Made by a program: the position numbers and the translations under genes. A stretch of DNA of 64,000 nt from Planctomycetota bacterium (GTDB lineage: Bacteria > Planctomycetota > UBA11346), in assembly GCA_038231435.1 (NCBI GenBank), contig JBBRLJ010000001.1:64001-128000 (forward strand), given 5' to 3'. Each line of letters begins with the position of its first letter. The first letter of the stretch is position 1. The notes under the pieces are model-generated. The model was not told where the DNA came from. It did not search any database and worked only from the letters and a program-made list of their open reading frames with translations. Of this stretch, positions 31,441-40,817 are shown piece by piece.

Positions 31441-32436
31441 ATGCGCAAGCGCCCAACACCCACACCGCATCCGCGTCGCACGCGACCCCGCGGCGGACCG
31501 CCGTCATCCACCCATGCCCAAGGTGGGGCCGCCACCGCGGGTGCGGAGCGCTACGACCTCGCGCGACTCGCCAAGGCCCATCCTCCCTTGCAGCGCTGGC
31601 TGCGCCGCTCCCCCTCGGGCGATGACACCATCGACTTCTCCGACGCGCGCGCGGTGCGCGATCTCAACCATGCGATCGTCGCCGACGCCTACGGGATCAC
31701 GGCGTGGGACGCGCCCGCGGACACGCTCTGTCCTGGAGTTCCCGGACGTCGCGACTACGTGCGCGGGATCGCCGGACTGCTCGCCGGCGATCGCGGCGGG
31801 GTGATCCCGCGCGGGCTGGACGTGCGTGTGTTCGACGTGGGCGTGGGAGCCGCCTGCATCTATCCGATCATCGGGCGAGGCGAATACGGCTGGCGGTTCA
31901 TCGGTTCGGACGTTGACGCCGTCGCCATCGCGAGCGCCAAGCGCATCGCGCAGGCGAACCTGCTCCTGCGCGACGCCGTCGAGATCCGCATCCAGTCCAC
32001 CGCCGACCAGGTGCTGCTCGGGGTGCTTGGGCCCCGCGAGCGCGTCGACGCGGTGATGTGCAATCCCCCCTTCCACGCCTCCCGCGAGGAGGCGCGCGCC
32101 GGCACGCGCCGCAAGTGGACGAACCTCGGGCGCGACGCGCTCGCGCGCAAGCCGAACCCGACCACCAATTTCGGCGGCCGCGACGCCGAGCTGTGGTGCC
32201 CGGGCGGCGAGGTCGGCTTCATCGGCAGGATGATCGCCGAGAGCGCCCAGGTGCCGTTGGCGAGCGGCTGGTTCACCGCCCTGCTGTCGCGAGCATCGCA
32301 TGTGCCCGCGATCACGCGCGCCTGGGCGCGGGTGAATCCGGCCGAGACCCACGTGCTGCCGATCAGTCGCGGTCAGAAGCAGAGTCGCATCGTCGCCTGG
32401 ACCTTCCTCGCGGCAGCGGCGCGCGCCGCACGCTGA
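31441..32436 (+). CDS. rlmF: 23S rRNA (adenine1618-N6)-methyltransferase
   Basis: TIDFSD..AVRDLN, LCPGVPGRRDY, DVGVGAACIYPIIG..EYGWRFIGSD, MCNPPFH, NFGG..ELWCPGGE, GQKQSRIVAWTF. Confidence 0.92.
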   Translation: MRKRPTPTPHPRRTRPRGGPPSSTHAQGGAATAGAERYDLARLAKAHPPLQRWLRRSPSGDDTIDFSDARAVRDLNHAIVADAYGITAWDAPADTLCPGVPGRRDYVRGIAGLLAGDRGGVIPRGLDVRVFDVGVGAACIYPIIGRGEYGWRFIGSDVDAVAIASAKRIAQANLLLRDAVEIRIQSTADQVLLGVLGPRERVDAVMCNPPFHASREEARAGTRRKWTNLGRDALARKPNPTTNFGGRDAELWCPGGEVGFIGRMIAESAQVPLASGWFTALLSRASHVPAITRAWARVNPAETHVLPISRGQKQSRIVAWTFLAAAARAAR

Positions 32437-32527
32437 GCGTGCGGTTGCCCGCTCAGCCACCGAACGGGCCGGCTGTTGCGATTGGACCTCGCCGGACGCG
32501 GGTTATTCTCCTTCCATCGGAGATCCC

Positions 32528-33163
32528 ATGCCCGCCCCTCGCCTGCGCCGCGGTTGGACCATCGTGTTCGATGGCGATAGCATCACCAATCGTCGCGTGC
32601 CGCCCTCGCTCGATACCTGGCCGTACCTGCAGCTGATGAACTGGCAGGGAACCTGGGCCGACGAAGTGGCGCGCTTGCTGTTCTGCTGGCGGCCCGAGCT
32701 GCGCCTGGGCTTCCACAATGTCGCCGTCGGCGGGTCGATCGCCGCCGATCTCGACGAACGCGCCGAGCGCTTCGTGCTGCCGCACCGGCCCAAGCTCGTG
32801 CTCGCCACCGTCGGAAGCAACGACGCGAACCGCAAGATCCCGACGCGCGATTTCGAGCGCTCGGTGCGGTCGTACGTGGCCAAGGTGGCCAGCGCCGGTG
32901 GCCGCGTCGCCTGGGTCTTGAACCTTCCCGGCGTGGATGGCACCAGGACGAAACTGGAACCGTATCGGCGCGTGCTGCGCCGGGTGGCGAGCGCGGAAGG
33001 AGGCTGGTGCGTCGACGTCGGTCCGGCGATGCTGCGCGCCATGCGCGAGCTGCGCGCGCAGTGGGATGGGCACACCATCTTCAGCGATGGCAGCCACTTC
33101 AACGCCGTGGGCGCCACCATCATCGCGGGCGAGGTGCTGCGCTTCCTCGGCGATCGCCGCTGA
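32528..33163 (+). CDS. SGNH/GDSL hydrolase family protein
   Basis: FDGDSIT, NVAVGG, GSND and DGSH blocks. Confidence 0.88.
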   Translation: MPAPRLRRGWTIVFDGDSITNRRVPPSLDTWPYLQLMNWQGTWADEVARLLFCWRPELRLGFHNVAVGGSIAADLDERAERFVLPHRPKLVLATVGSNDANRKIPTRDFERSVRSYVAKVASAGGRVAWVLNLPGVDGTRTKLEPYRRVLRRVASAEGGWCVDVGPAMLRAMRELRAQWDGHTIFSDGSHFNAVGATIIAGEVLRFLGDRR

Positions 33164-33259
33164 ACAGATGATCAGCTGCTGAGCGGACGCGACCTCGCGG
33201 GCGAGATCCTCGTCCGATCATGCCTGATGCAGTAGGAACTCGGCCGCGGCCCGGACTCC

Positions 33260-33829
33260 CTACGCTCTGGTCAGAGCCCAGGTCGTCATGGTGCGCGTGG
33301 TTTCGACCAGCGTGGTCTTCAACGGGTCCGCGCGGCTCGCCATCCAGCGCCGCTCGCACGCCATCAGCTCGGCTTCGGAAGCGAGATGGCGGAAACCAGC
33401 GGGCCTGACGTCGGGCAAGCCGATGCGCGTGGACAAGCGGGCGAGGAACAGCCCACCTGGCGCGAGCTGCAGCCAGCACGCCTCGGCCCAGCGCGCGAAG
33501 GCGGCGGCATCGGGTGCGAAGTGGAGCACGGCATTGACGATCACCACGTCGAATCCGCCGGGGGCGAACGGCATGCGCTCGAGGTCGCAGACGAGGATGC
33601 GATCGTCGAGGCGTCCGCCGAACAACGTCCTGGCAGCGGCTACCGCCTGCGCGTCGGCATCGATGGCTGTGATCGCACAGCCGGCAGCCAACAGCGCCGG
33701 CAGGTTGCGCCCGCCACCGCAGCCGACGTCGAGCGCGCTCATCCCCGAGCCGATGCGCCCGCGCAGGATCTGATCGATGAGGTAGATGTCGGCTCCCGCC
33801 AACGGGACCCACGCGGCAGGCAGGTTCAT
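33260..33829 (-). CDS. Class I SAM-dependent methyltransferase
   Basis: 3' part of track ORF 33260-34987: DIYLIDQILRGRI..ALDVGCGGGRN, FDVVIVNAVLHF, LAPGG. Confidence 0.88.
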   Translation of the reverse strand: MNLPAAWVPLAGADIYLIDQILRGRIGSGMSALDVGCGGGRNLPALLAAGCAITAIDADAQAVAAARTLFGGRLDDRILVCDLERMPFAPGGFDVVIVNAVLHFAPDAAAFARWAEACWLQLAPGGLFLARLSTRIGLPDVRPAGFRHLASEAELMACERRWMASRADPLKTTLVETTRTMTTWALTRA

Positions 33830-34015
33830 AGGCTCGCATGATCCCGACGGTGTCGCCCGGCCTAGCGAATTGCCCGTGCACCATCTCCGGCGCGCGCGAA
33901 TGCCACTGACCGTTTCATTCGTCCCATGGACCATCGCACGGACCCGGTCGGGCACGCCAGCAGCCACGCTGTGAACTTCGCCACGCGGCATGCGTTCTCC
34001 TGGAGGGGCGAGAGC

Positions 34016-37000
34016 ATGGGACGCCGCACTGGGATCATCGCGACGGTCGCCGTCTGCATCGCCATGCTGGCGATCGCCGTGGCGCGTTTCCACACCACGC
34101 GTCCGGACGCTGACGGAGCGAGCGCGACGGGCGCGGGCTGGCGAGCGGAACCGACCGAGCTGGTGGCGCGCATCGAGCATCTCGCGGACGCTGGAGAAGC
34201 CGACGCGGCAGCGAGCGTGCTCGCGCAGCTGCTCAAGCGTGACGGCATCGCCGCAACCGGGCTCGACGATCGCGCGCGCATGGCGGCAGCGCGCGGCTAC
34301 CTGAAGGCGAAGCGCACCGATGAGGCCCTCGCGCAGGTCGCGGCCATCCCCTGGGCGGACAAGAGCCGGGCGGTCGCGGCGCAGATCCTCGGCCTCGAAT
34401 TGGCGATACGTTGGCAAGGTCTGTTCGATCGCGATGGCCACCTGGCCCCGGCGGCGCTCGGCCCGCGTTTGTCCCCCGAGGCTCCGCAAGGCCTGCCCAA
34501 GGGCGCGTGGCTGCAGCGCTGGGAGCACTACCGCGCGCTCGCCGAACTCATCGATCGCGGCGCACACATGGTTTCTTCCGAAGGTGGCGCGGTCGCGATG
34601 CCGGCGTCGGCCGCGATGATGCAACTCGCCCGCCACGATCACGGGGATCTCAGCGAATCGGATTTCGCTGCGGCGATGGGCCCTACGCGCGACTGGCAGC
34701 CCGAGCTGGCCCTGGCGATGTGCCGGCTGCGCCTGCAGGAGTACGCCATCCCCGAGGCGATCGCGGCGGCCGAGGCGCTGTGGTCGGGGCATCCCGCCAG
34801 TGGCGAGGCTGCCGAGGCGTACCATCTGCTGCGTGTTTGGCAGCTCGAGCGCGGCCTGGCCTCGGGACACCTGCCGTTGTGGCGGTATCCCGAGGTGGAC
34901 GCTCGGCTCGACGCCCTGGCGACCATCTATAAAGACGCGGCCAGAAGCGCGGATATCGCGGTGGCGAGGATCCAGGAGCTCAACCAATGGGGCATGGCGA
35001 GCGCTATTGCTGCGCAGGCCGCGAAGGCCGCGAAGCCATTGCTGGATGCGGTCGAGACCGCGATCCCAACGGCCGAGATCGCGAGGAACGAGGATGCGAT
35101 CGACGACCGGCCCGAGCGGCGGGTCTTCGCCCTGGCGCTGGCATGGAACGGGCTGGAGTTGGCCAGCGAACGGCGCGAGGTGCCGCTCGGCGAACCCGCC
35201 ACGCTGACCATCACCTCAGTGCATCGCGGCCCGCACACCGTGCGCATCCATCGCCTCCCCAACCGCAAGACCTGGGATGTGATGTGCACCAAACCATCCA
35301 ACGCGTTGCTGCCAGCGGAAGCGGTCCACACCAGGGAACTGCAGGGTGGAGACTGGTCATCCCTCGGCGAGCCCTGCGCGATGCCCTTCAACGTGGATGG
35401 CCTGGGCGAGGGCTTCTATGTCGCCACCGTGGCCGTGCGCGGATGTCCGACCACGGTGCTCACGGGCTTCGTGGTCGTGGACCCGGACCTGTACGTGATC
35501 GCTGGACGCGACGAGGTGGTCACCTGGGTGGTCAGCCGCGCCAGCGGCAAACAGAAGTCCGGCGAACCCCTGCGCGCGACGATGAGCCTGGTGCGCGACC
35601 CAGCGCAAGCGGCTGGATCGGCATGGGACGGCGCAGACCCGGTGTGGCGTGCGGGCTTCACCGAGGCCTTCACCGATGAGCCGTCCGCCGCATTCGTGAC
35701 CGACGCGCTACGACCGGTGTTCGCAGCTGGGCGCACGGCCGGCCTCGCGGCCTCGGCCACTGATCCCCCCTTCTCCGCCGAGCTGGATGCGGTGAGTGGC
35801 GAGGATGGCATCGGCCGCGTGGCGCTGCCCGTGAGACTGCGCGACCGTTCCTACACAGTGGCCGTCTCGATCTCGCGCCCCGATGTGATGGTCAGGCGCG
35901 AGGCCCGCGTAGGACCGGCGGCAGATTGGACCGCGAAGGCCGTGGCGTGGGCGGACCGGCCCCTGGTGCGTCCGGGAGAGACCGTGCATTGGAAGATGCT
36001 GATGCGCGATCTCGATGGCTACAGCTACCGGCTGCCGGTGGGCGAGATCGAGCTGACTCTGCGCCTCGACGACCAGGTGCTGTGGAGTGGAACCCAGGCG
36101 ATCACGGATGCCGGCACGGTGGGCGGAGAGCTCGCCATCCCGCCGGGAGCCGCCGAGGGCCGGCTCACCGTATCAGCGGGAACGTCCGGGCCGCGCCACG
36201 CGCTCGCCGGCATCGAACGGGCGGCGTTGCCGAGCGTGCGCTATGACGTGATCGAGGACGAGACGTCGCGCTTGCGCGCCGGGGAATCCATCCGCACCGG
36301 CATCGGCATCCATGACGCCGCCGGTGAGCCCATCGCCGGCGTCGAAGTCACGTGCTCGGTCACCGCGTACCTCGACGGCGTGGCCACGCCGTGCCCGCAG
36401 CCTGGCATAACCACCAGCGACGTCGCGGGTATTGCCCATGTGGTGATCGCCACCATCCCCGATGCCCAGGCGCTGTACCGCGCATATTTCTCGTTCACCG
36501 TCGATCACCATCGCTACCGCATCGAGCGCTCATGGCAGGCGAGCACCTTTCCCTTCCCCCTCGAGGCGGTGGTGCGCAACCGCCAGCTCTCGGCCGTGGA
36601 TTCGGTGCGCGTCGAGCTGCGCTTCCCGGCCGAGGCGCAGGTGACGGTGCGCCTGGTGCGTGGCGAGCAGGCACTAGGCGAGGATCAGCATCCGCGCGGC
36701 GCCTGGCCGCTGTGGTGCGAAGCGCACGTGCCGCTGGATCGTTCGACGCAGAACGCCGACGCGGTCGAGGTATCTACCGCGGTCGCGGGAGGCGGCAGGG
36801 CGCGCCTGCGCATCCCGATCACCATTGCGCCGCCACCGATATCCGCCGGTGCGCCCGAGGTGCAGCTCTCGCCGGACCGGCTGCGCGTCGAACCGGAGCA
36901 GACGCTGGGACTGACTCTCGGCGTGAATGTTCCGGGACGCGATGTGCTGCTCGTCGGCGGCTCGCGCTCGGTGCAGTTGCTCCGCACCACCCGCCTGGAC

Positions 37001-40000
37001 ACGCCGGCGCACCGAGTGGAGGTGGCGATCGCCAGCGACTGGGCGCCCAACATCTCGCTGCAGGCGGTCGCCTACCTTCCCATCCGCGGATTCACGGCGA
37101 CATCGCGCCAGGACATCGAAGTCAGCCCGGTCGACCGCCTGCTGCGCGTGGTGGTCACTCCCGAGCGCGAGGACTACCATCCTGGTGACGACGTCGCGGC
37201 GAGCGTGCTGATCAGCGATTGGAAGGGCAGGCCCGCGGGCGGGGTATCAGTCAGCATCGGCGTGGTCAATGAGCTCATCTACCAGCTCGCCGATGACGCC
37301 ACGCCCGACCTGTGGACCTATTTCTATGGTTACCGGCGCGCGTACGGCTTGGTCGAGGGCACGGCCACCGCACTGCCCTTTCCGTCTGCGTCGTTGTGGC
37401 ACGGCGTCGCGTGGCGCTGGCAGTCGCCCGAGGGCTTCGCCTGCATCGGCTCGGAGATGGCGCTCTCAGCGATGAACGGCGCGCGCTACGGCGGCGGTCG
37501 CGCGCGGTCGATCTCGAGGGGCGGCGGTGCGTCGGCGAGCGAAGCGGCCATGCTCGCTTTGGAATCGGGCGTCGCCATCGCCTGGGTCGGCGACCTGCGC
37601 ACCGACGCGGATGGGCGGGCGACGATACGCTTCACCATGCCGGCGAACACCGGCCGTTTCCGCTGCACCGCCCGCGCCAGCTCCACCGACGCGCAGCTGA
37701 TGGTCGGCGAGGTGCGCATGGGCATCACCAGCCGTCAACCCTTCGGCTGCGCGCTACGCCTGCCCGAGACCGCGCGCGAGGGAGACGTGGTGCAGGCCGA
37801 ACTGGCGCTCGCCAGCTACGACGACGCGCCGCTGGCGCTGGCGCTGGAATTGCCGGACGGCTCGCGGCGCGAACTCACGTTGCCGGGGCGCGCCCGGCGC
37901 GCGCTCGCAGTGCCGGTGCGCATCGCCGCAGGAGACGGCGAGATACGCGTCGCTGGCGGACAGGTCGGCCGCGTCGTCACCCTGCGCGCATCCGCGGTGG
38001 CGGTGGCTGGCGCAGCCAAGCTCGAGACCCGCATCGTGGCGGCAGCGCACTGCCTGGTGATCGCCGCCGGCATACCACGCACCTGGTCGGGATTGGTCAG
38101 CGCGGGCGCGGATGGCTCCATCAGCCTACCGTGGCCGGTGCCCGAGGGCGCGGCGCTACGCGTGCGCTGTCGCGCTTGGCCAGATGCCTCGGCGCGACGC
38201 GACGCGCTCGCCGCCAGCGCGCGCGCGGGCGTACCCGCGGGAGCGGTCGCCGCCTTGGCATGGCTCGAAGCGCCCGCCGGCGAACGGCGCGCACGAGCCC
38301 TGGCGACGTGCTGGTCCACGCTCGACAAGTACATCCCTTCGGCGCTCGCGCGCCAAGCCGCCGCTCGCCGTGGCGAGGCCTTCGGATCCCTGGGCGCCGT
38401 ACCCGACGGCGTCGACGGCGATTGGCTGCTCGCGCGCGGTCGCTTCGATGGCCTGCTGCTCGGTGCGCCGCGCGAACGCGGCCATGTCGCCAGCGCGGGC
38501 AGTGATCGGATCGCGGCGGTGGCCATAGCGCTCGCCGAGAGTTGGCCCGAGGGCCATGCCTGGTGGCCTGGCATCCTCCAGGAGCTGGACCGCGCCAGCG
38601 ATGGCCAGGGCACAGATCCAACGCTGTTCAGTCTCGCGCTCGGCATCGACGCGGCGCGCATGGCGGGCGATGAGTCCGCCCGTACCCGCTTGGCGGCCCG
38701 GCTCGGGCGCCTGCCGTGGACCTGCGAGTTCGATCAAGCCCTGGCCCTGGTATCCATCCCGTCGGGACCGGGATCGATCGGCGGCGCGGTCCTCGTCCAG
38801 GATCGCGCGGGAGTCGGTGCAGCCGCCGCGACCGACATCGCCACCCTCGCCACCATCGCCACCCTCGACGCAGGCGCCGCGAGCGAGTGGCTCGGCGTCG
38901 CCGGTCCGTCGTTCACGTTGTCATCGACGCCAGGCGCGCTCGCGGATCTGGAAGTGCTGATGCAGACACCGGCACCGCTGCAAGCGAAGTCCGTCCAGCT
39001 CAGCGCCACCTTCTACGAGCGCTGCGAGGACGGCGGCTACACCGCCGTCCCCGCCGGTCGAGCGCTCTGGCCCGGACGTCCGCTGGCGATGGCGATCGCA
39101 TCGCCACAGATGGCCGAGGTGGTGCTGCGCCTGCCGAGCCTGCTGCGCATCGCCCCCGAGGGCGGCGAGTTCCTCATCGTCGATGCCGAGCGGTCGTCGA
39201 TCAGGATCGACGGAGACATCCGCCTGGCCGCGAGCCTGCTCGAGGGTGGCGATCGTGATGGCGCCCTCGCCAGTTTCTTCTCCATGTGCCAGCGCAATCC
39301 GGTGCTGCGGACAGGCGTGGGCCAACGCCTGCCGGTGCATGGAGCGGATTCCAAAGCCTTGATCTCCGCGGATGGAACCCTGTCGTTAAGCGTCTGGCCC
39401 GGACAGCCCACGTTCATCGCGCTCGCGACCTCCAGCGAGGGAACGGCGGCCTGGCCGCCGCTCGCCATCACTGGCACCATGCCAGGCGCTCAAGAACGCC
39501 AGCAGGAGCTTCCCAGCATCGTGGTGGGTGTCGGCGACATCGCGCCCCTAGCAGCACCGGAGATCGGCCTACCTGCGCGCGCACTCGCACGTCTGCGCCA
39601 CCTGGCCGCCGATGCGTCCACCGAGGACCTGAGCGCGCTGCTGCTCCAGATGCAGGACCTCGATGTCGACGACGATCCCCGCATCGCGCTGCTCGACCGG
39701 CACGCGGCGCACGATCCAGCGGCGCTGCTGGCGCATCCCCTCTCTGGGGTCCCGGGACACTGGTCGACGGCCGCGCTGCGCGCCTGGAGCGACGGCGACT
39801 TGATGCTGGCGGTGGACACTCCTACTTTGAAGCGCTGGTTGAGCCTCATGGATGGGGGCAGGAACCGCGCGACCGGGCTACAAGATGTTCCGGATGCCGG
39901 AGCGGAACTGGTCGCGGGGGTGGATTGGACCGCCGAGCTCGCACACCCCACCATGCGCACGTTGATCCTGCTCGCCGAGGCCGATGCCGCGCTGCGCAGG

Positions 40001-40636
40001 GAGATCGAGGTGCGCCTGCCGACCTCGATGGCGACGGCGCCGCGCGTAGTCTCGACCGCCAGGGACTGGTTCAGGCGTCTTGGCGCGCTCGGTCTCGCCC
40101 CGGCGCGGGACTACGACACCTGGGTCTGGGAGCAGGAGCTCGATGCGGATCTGCAGTCGACACTGGGATATCCAAGCGGGGTCGACGGCTGGGTCGCCTT
40201 CCTGCGCACACGCTGCGGGCTCGAGGTGCGCATCGGCACGGGGGTACCTGTCGAGATCCCCGGCATCGACCAGGTCTCGGGCCCGCGGCTGGGCGCATCC
40301 TTGCTCACGACGTGCGGATATGCCCTGCAACGTGTGGGCCCCGCGCTCGAGATTCGTCCGGCGCGGGGATTCATCCTCCAGGAACACCTCCTGACCATCA
40401 GCATCGATGTCACCGACGAACGCCTCGATACGGTTGTCGCCGACCTCGATACGCTGCTCGCCAATCGCGGCCTGCCGCCGCTGGAGGTGGACCCCGCATT
40501 CCATGGCGGCGATACGCGAGTCACGTTCGCCTGCAAGGAAGCGGACTGGCGGAACGCGGTGACATCGTTGGCGAGCGTGATCGGCGCGACGGTTGCATTC
40601 GACGGGAATCATGCGGCCCTGCGCCACGCGCATTGA
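34016..40636 (+). CDS. Giant alpha-2-macroglobulin (MG2/A2M) family protein, thioester motif absent
   Basis: N-terminal TM/signal and TPR-like region; ADRPLVRPGETVHWK (MG2), WAPNISL, REDYHPGD, VSIGVVNE, LRTDADGRATIRFTMPANTGRFR (A2M), LRLPETAREGD; no CxEQ. Confidence 0.85.
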   Translation: MGRRTGIIATVAVCIAMLAIAVARFHTTRPDADGASATGAGWRAEPTELVARIEHLADAGEADAAASVLAQLLKRDGIAATGLDDRARMAAARGYLKAKRTDEALAQVAAIPWADKSRAVAAQILGLELAIRWQGLFDRDGHLAPAALGPRLSPEAPQGLPKGAWLQRWEHYRALAELIDRGAHMVSSEGGAVAMPASAAMMQLARHDHGDLSESDFAAAMGPTRDWQPELALAMCRLRLQEYAIPEAIAAAEALWSGHPASGEAAEAYHLLRVWQLERGLASGHLPLWRYPEVDARLDALATIYKDAARSADIAVARIQELNQWGMASAIAAQAAKAAKPLLDAVETAIPTAEIARNEDAIDDRPERRVFALALAWNGLELASERREVPLGEPATLTITSVHRGPHTVRIHRLPNRKTWDVMCTKPSNALLPAEAVHTRELQGGDWSSLGEPCAMPFNVDGLGEGFYVATVAVRGCPTTVLTGFVVVDPDLYVIAGRDEVVTWVVSRASGKQKSGEPLRATMSLVRDPAQAAGSAWDGADPVWRAGFTEAFTDEPSAAFVTDALRPVFAAGRTAGLAASATDPPFSAELDAVSGEDGIGRVALPVRLRDRSYTVAVSISRPDVMVRREARVGPAADWTAKAVAWADRPLVRPGETVHWKMLMRDLDGYSYRLPVGEIELTLRLDDQVLWSGTQAITDAGTVGGELAIPPGAAEGRLTVSAGTSGPRHALAGIERAALPSVRYDVIEDETSRLRAGESIRTGIGIHDAAGEPIAGVEVTCSVTAYLDGVATPCPQPGITTSDVAGIAHVVIATIPDAQALYRAYFSFTVDHHRYRIERSWQASTFPFPLEAVVRNRQLSAVDSVRVELRFPAEAQVTVRLVRGEQALGEDQHPRGAWPLWCEAHVPLDRSTQNADAVEVSTAVAGGGRARLRIPITIAPPPISAGAPEVQLSPDRLRVEPEQTLGLTLGVNVPGRDVLLVGGSRSVQLLRTTRLDTPAHRVEVAIASDWAPNISLQAVAYLPIRGFTATSRQDIEVSPVDRLLRVVVTPEREDYHPGDDVAASVLISDWKGRPAGGVSVSIGVVNELIYQLADDATPDLWTYFYGYRRAYGLVEGTATALPFPSASLWHGVAWRWQSPEGFACIGSEMALSAMNGARYGGGRARSISRGGGASASEAAMLALESGVAIAWVGDLRTDADGRATIRFTMPANTGRFRCTARASSTDAQLMVGEVRMGITSRQPFGCALRLPETAREGDVVQAELALASYDDAPLALALELPDGSRRELTLPGRARRALAVPVRIAAGDGEIRVAGGQVGRVVTLRASAVAVAGAAKLETRIVAAAHCLVIAAGIPRTWSGLVSAGADGSISLPWPVPEGAALRVRCRAWPDASARRDALAASARAGVPAGAVAALAWLEAPAGERRARALATCWSTLDKYIPSALARQAAARRGEAFGSLGAVPDGVDGDWLLARGRFDGLLLGAPRERGHVASAGSDRIAAVAIALAESWPEGHAWWPGILQELDRASDGQGTDPTLFSLALGIDAARMAGDESARTRLAARLGRLPWTCEFDQALALVSIPSGPGSIGGAVLVQDRAGVGAAAATDIATLATIATLDAGAASEWLGVAGPSFTLSSTPGALADLEVLMQTPAPLQAKSVQLSATFYERCEDGGYTAVPAGRALWPGRPLAMAIASPQMAEVVLRLPSLLRIAPEGGEFLIVDAERSSIRIDGDIRLAASLLEGGDRDGALASFFSMCQRNPVLRTGVGQRLPVHGADSKALISADGTLSLSVWPGQPTFIALATSSEGTAAWPPLAITGTMPGAQERQQELPSIVVGVGDIAPLAAPEIGLPARALARLRHLAADASTEDLSALLLQMQDLDVDDDPRIALLDRHAAHDPAALLAHPLSGVPGHWSTAALRAWSDGDLMLAVDTPTLKRWLSLMDGGRNRATGLQDVPDAGAELVAGVDWTAELAHPTMRTLILLAEADAALRREIEVRLPTSMATAPRVVSTARDWFRRLGALGLAPARDYDTWVWEQELDADLQSTLGYPSGVDGWVAFLRTRCGLEVRIGTGVPVEIPGIDQVSGPRLGASLLTTCGYALQRVGPALEIRPARGFILQEHLLTISIDVTDERLDTVVADLDTLLANRGLPPLEVDPAFHGGDTRVTFACKEADWRNAVTSLASVIGATVAFDGNHAALRHAH

Positions 40637-40653
40637 GGCGCGACCAGTCCCCA

Positions 40654-40681
40654 TTGACGTCACGTCCACGTCCGGCACGAT
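40654..40681 (+). promoter_or_regulatory. Putative sigma70 promoter of the ankyrin gene
   Basis: TTGACG (40654-59), 16-nt spacer, CACGAT (40676-81); would start transcription near 40687, the first base of the leader hairpin. Confidence 0.45.
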
Positions 40682-40686
40682 CGCCA

Positions 40687-40817
40687 GTGCGCGAAAGGGC
40701 GCACCCCGTCCGCGGGCAGGACCGAGTCCACCTTTCCCGACAATCCGACGGTAGCGGTCCCGCAACCTCCCTTTCTGCCCCCTCTGCGGACACGTGGGCA
40801 AGATAAAGGAGGTCGCC
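40687..40817 (+). ncRNA. Candidate structured cis-regulatory 5' leader RNA
   Basis: Hairpin GTGCGC/GCGCAC; nested stems GTCCGC/GCGGAC, GGGCAG/CTGCCC and GGACCG/CGGTCC; alternative pairing of ACCTCC..TGCCC (40765-80) with GGGCA..GGAGGT (40796-813), which contains the SD. Confidence 0.5.

Noticed and set aside
38836..38867. Short tandem repeat encoding IATLATIATL inside the A2M gene
   Set aside because: In-frame micro-duplication, too short and imperfect to suggest phase variation or an array.
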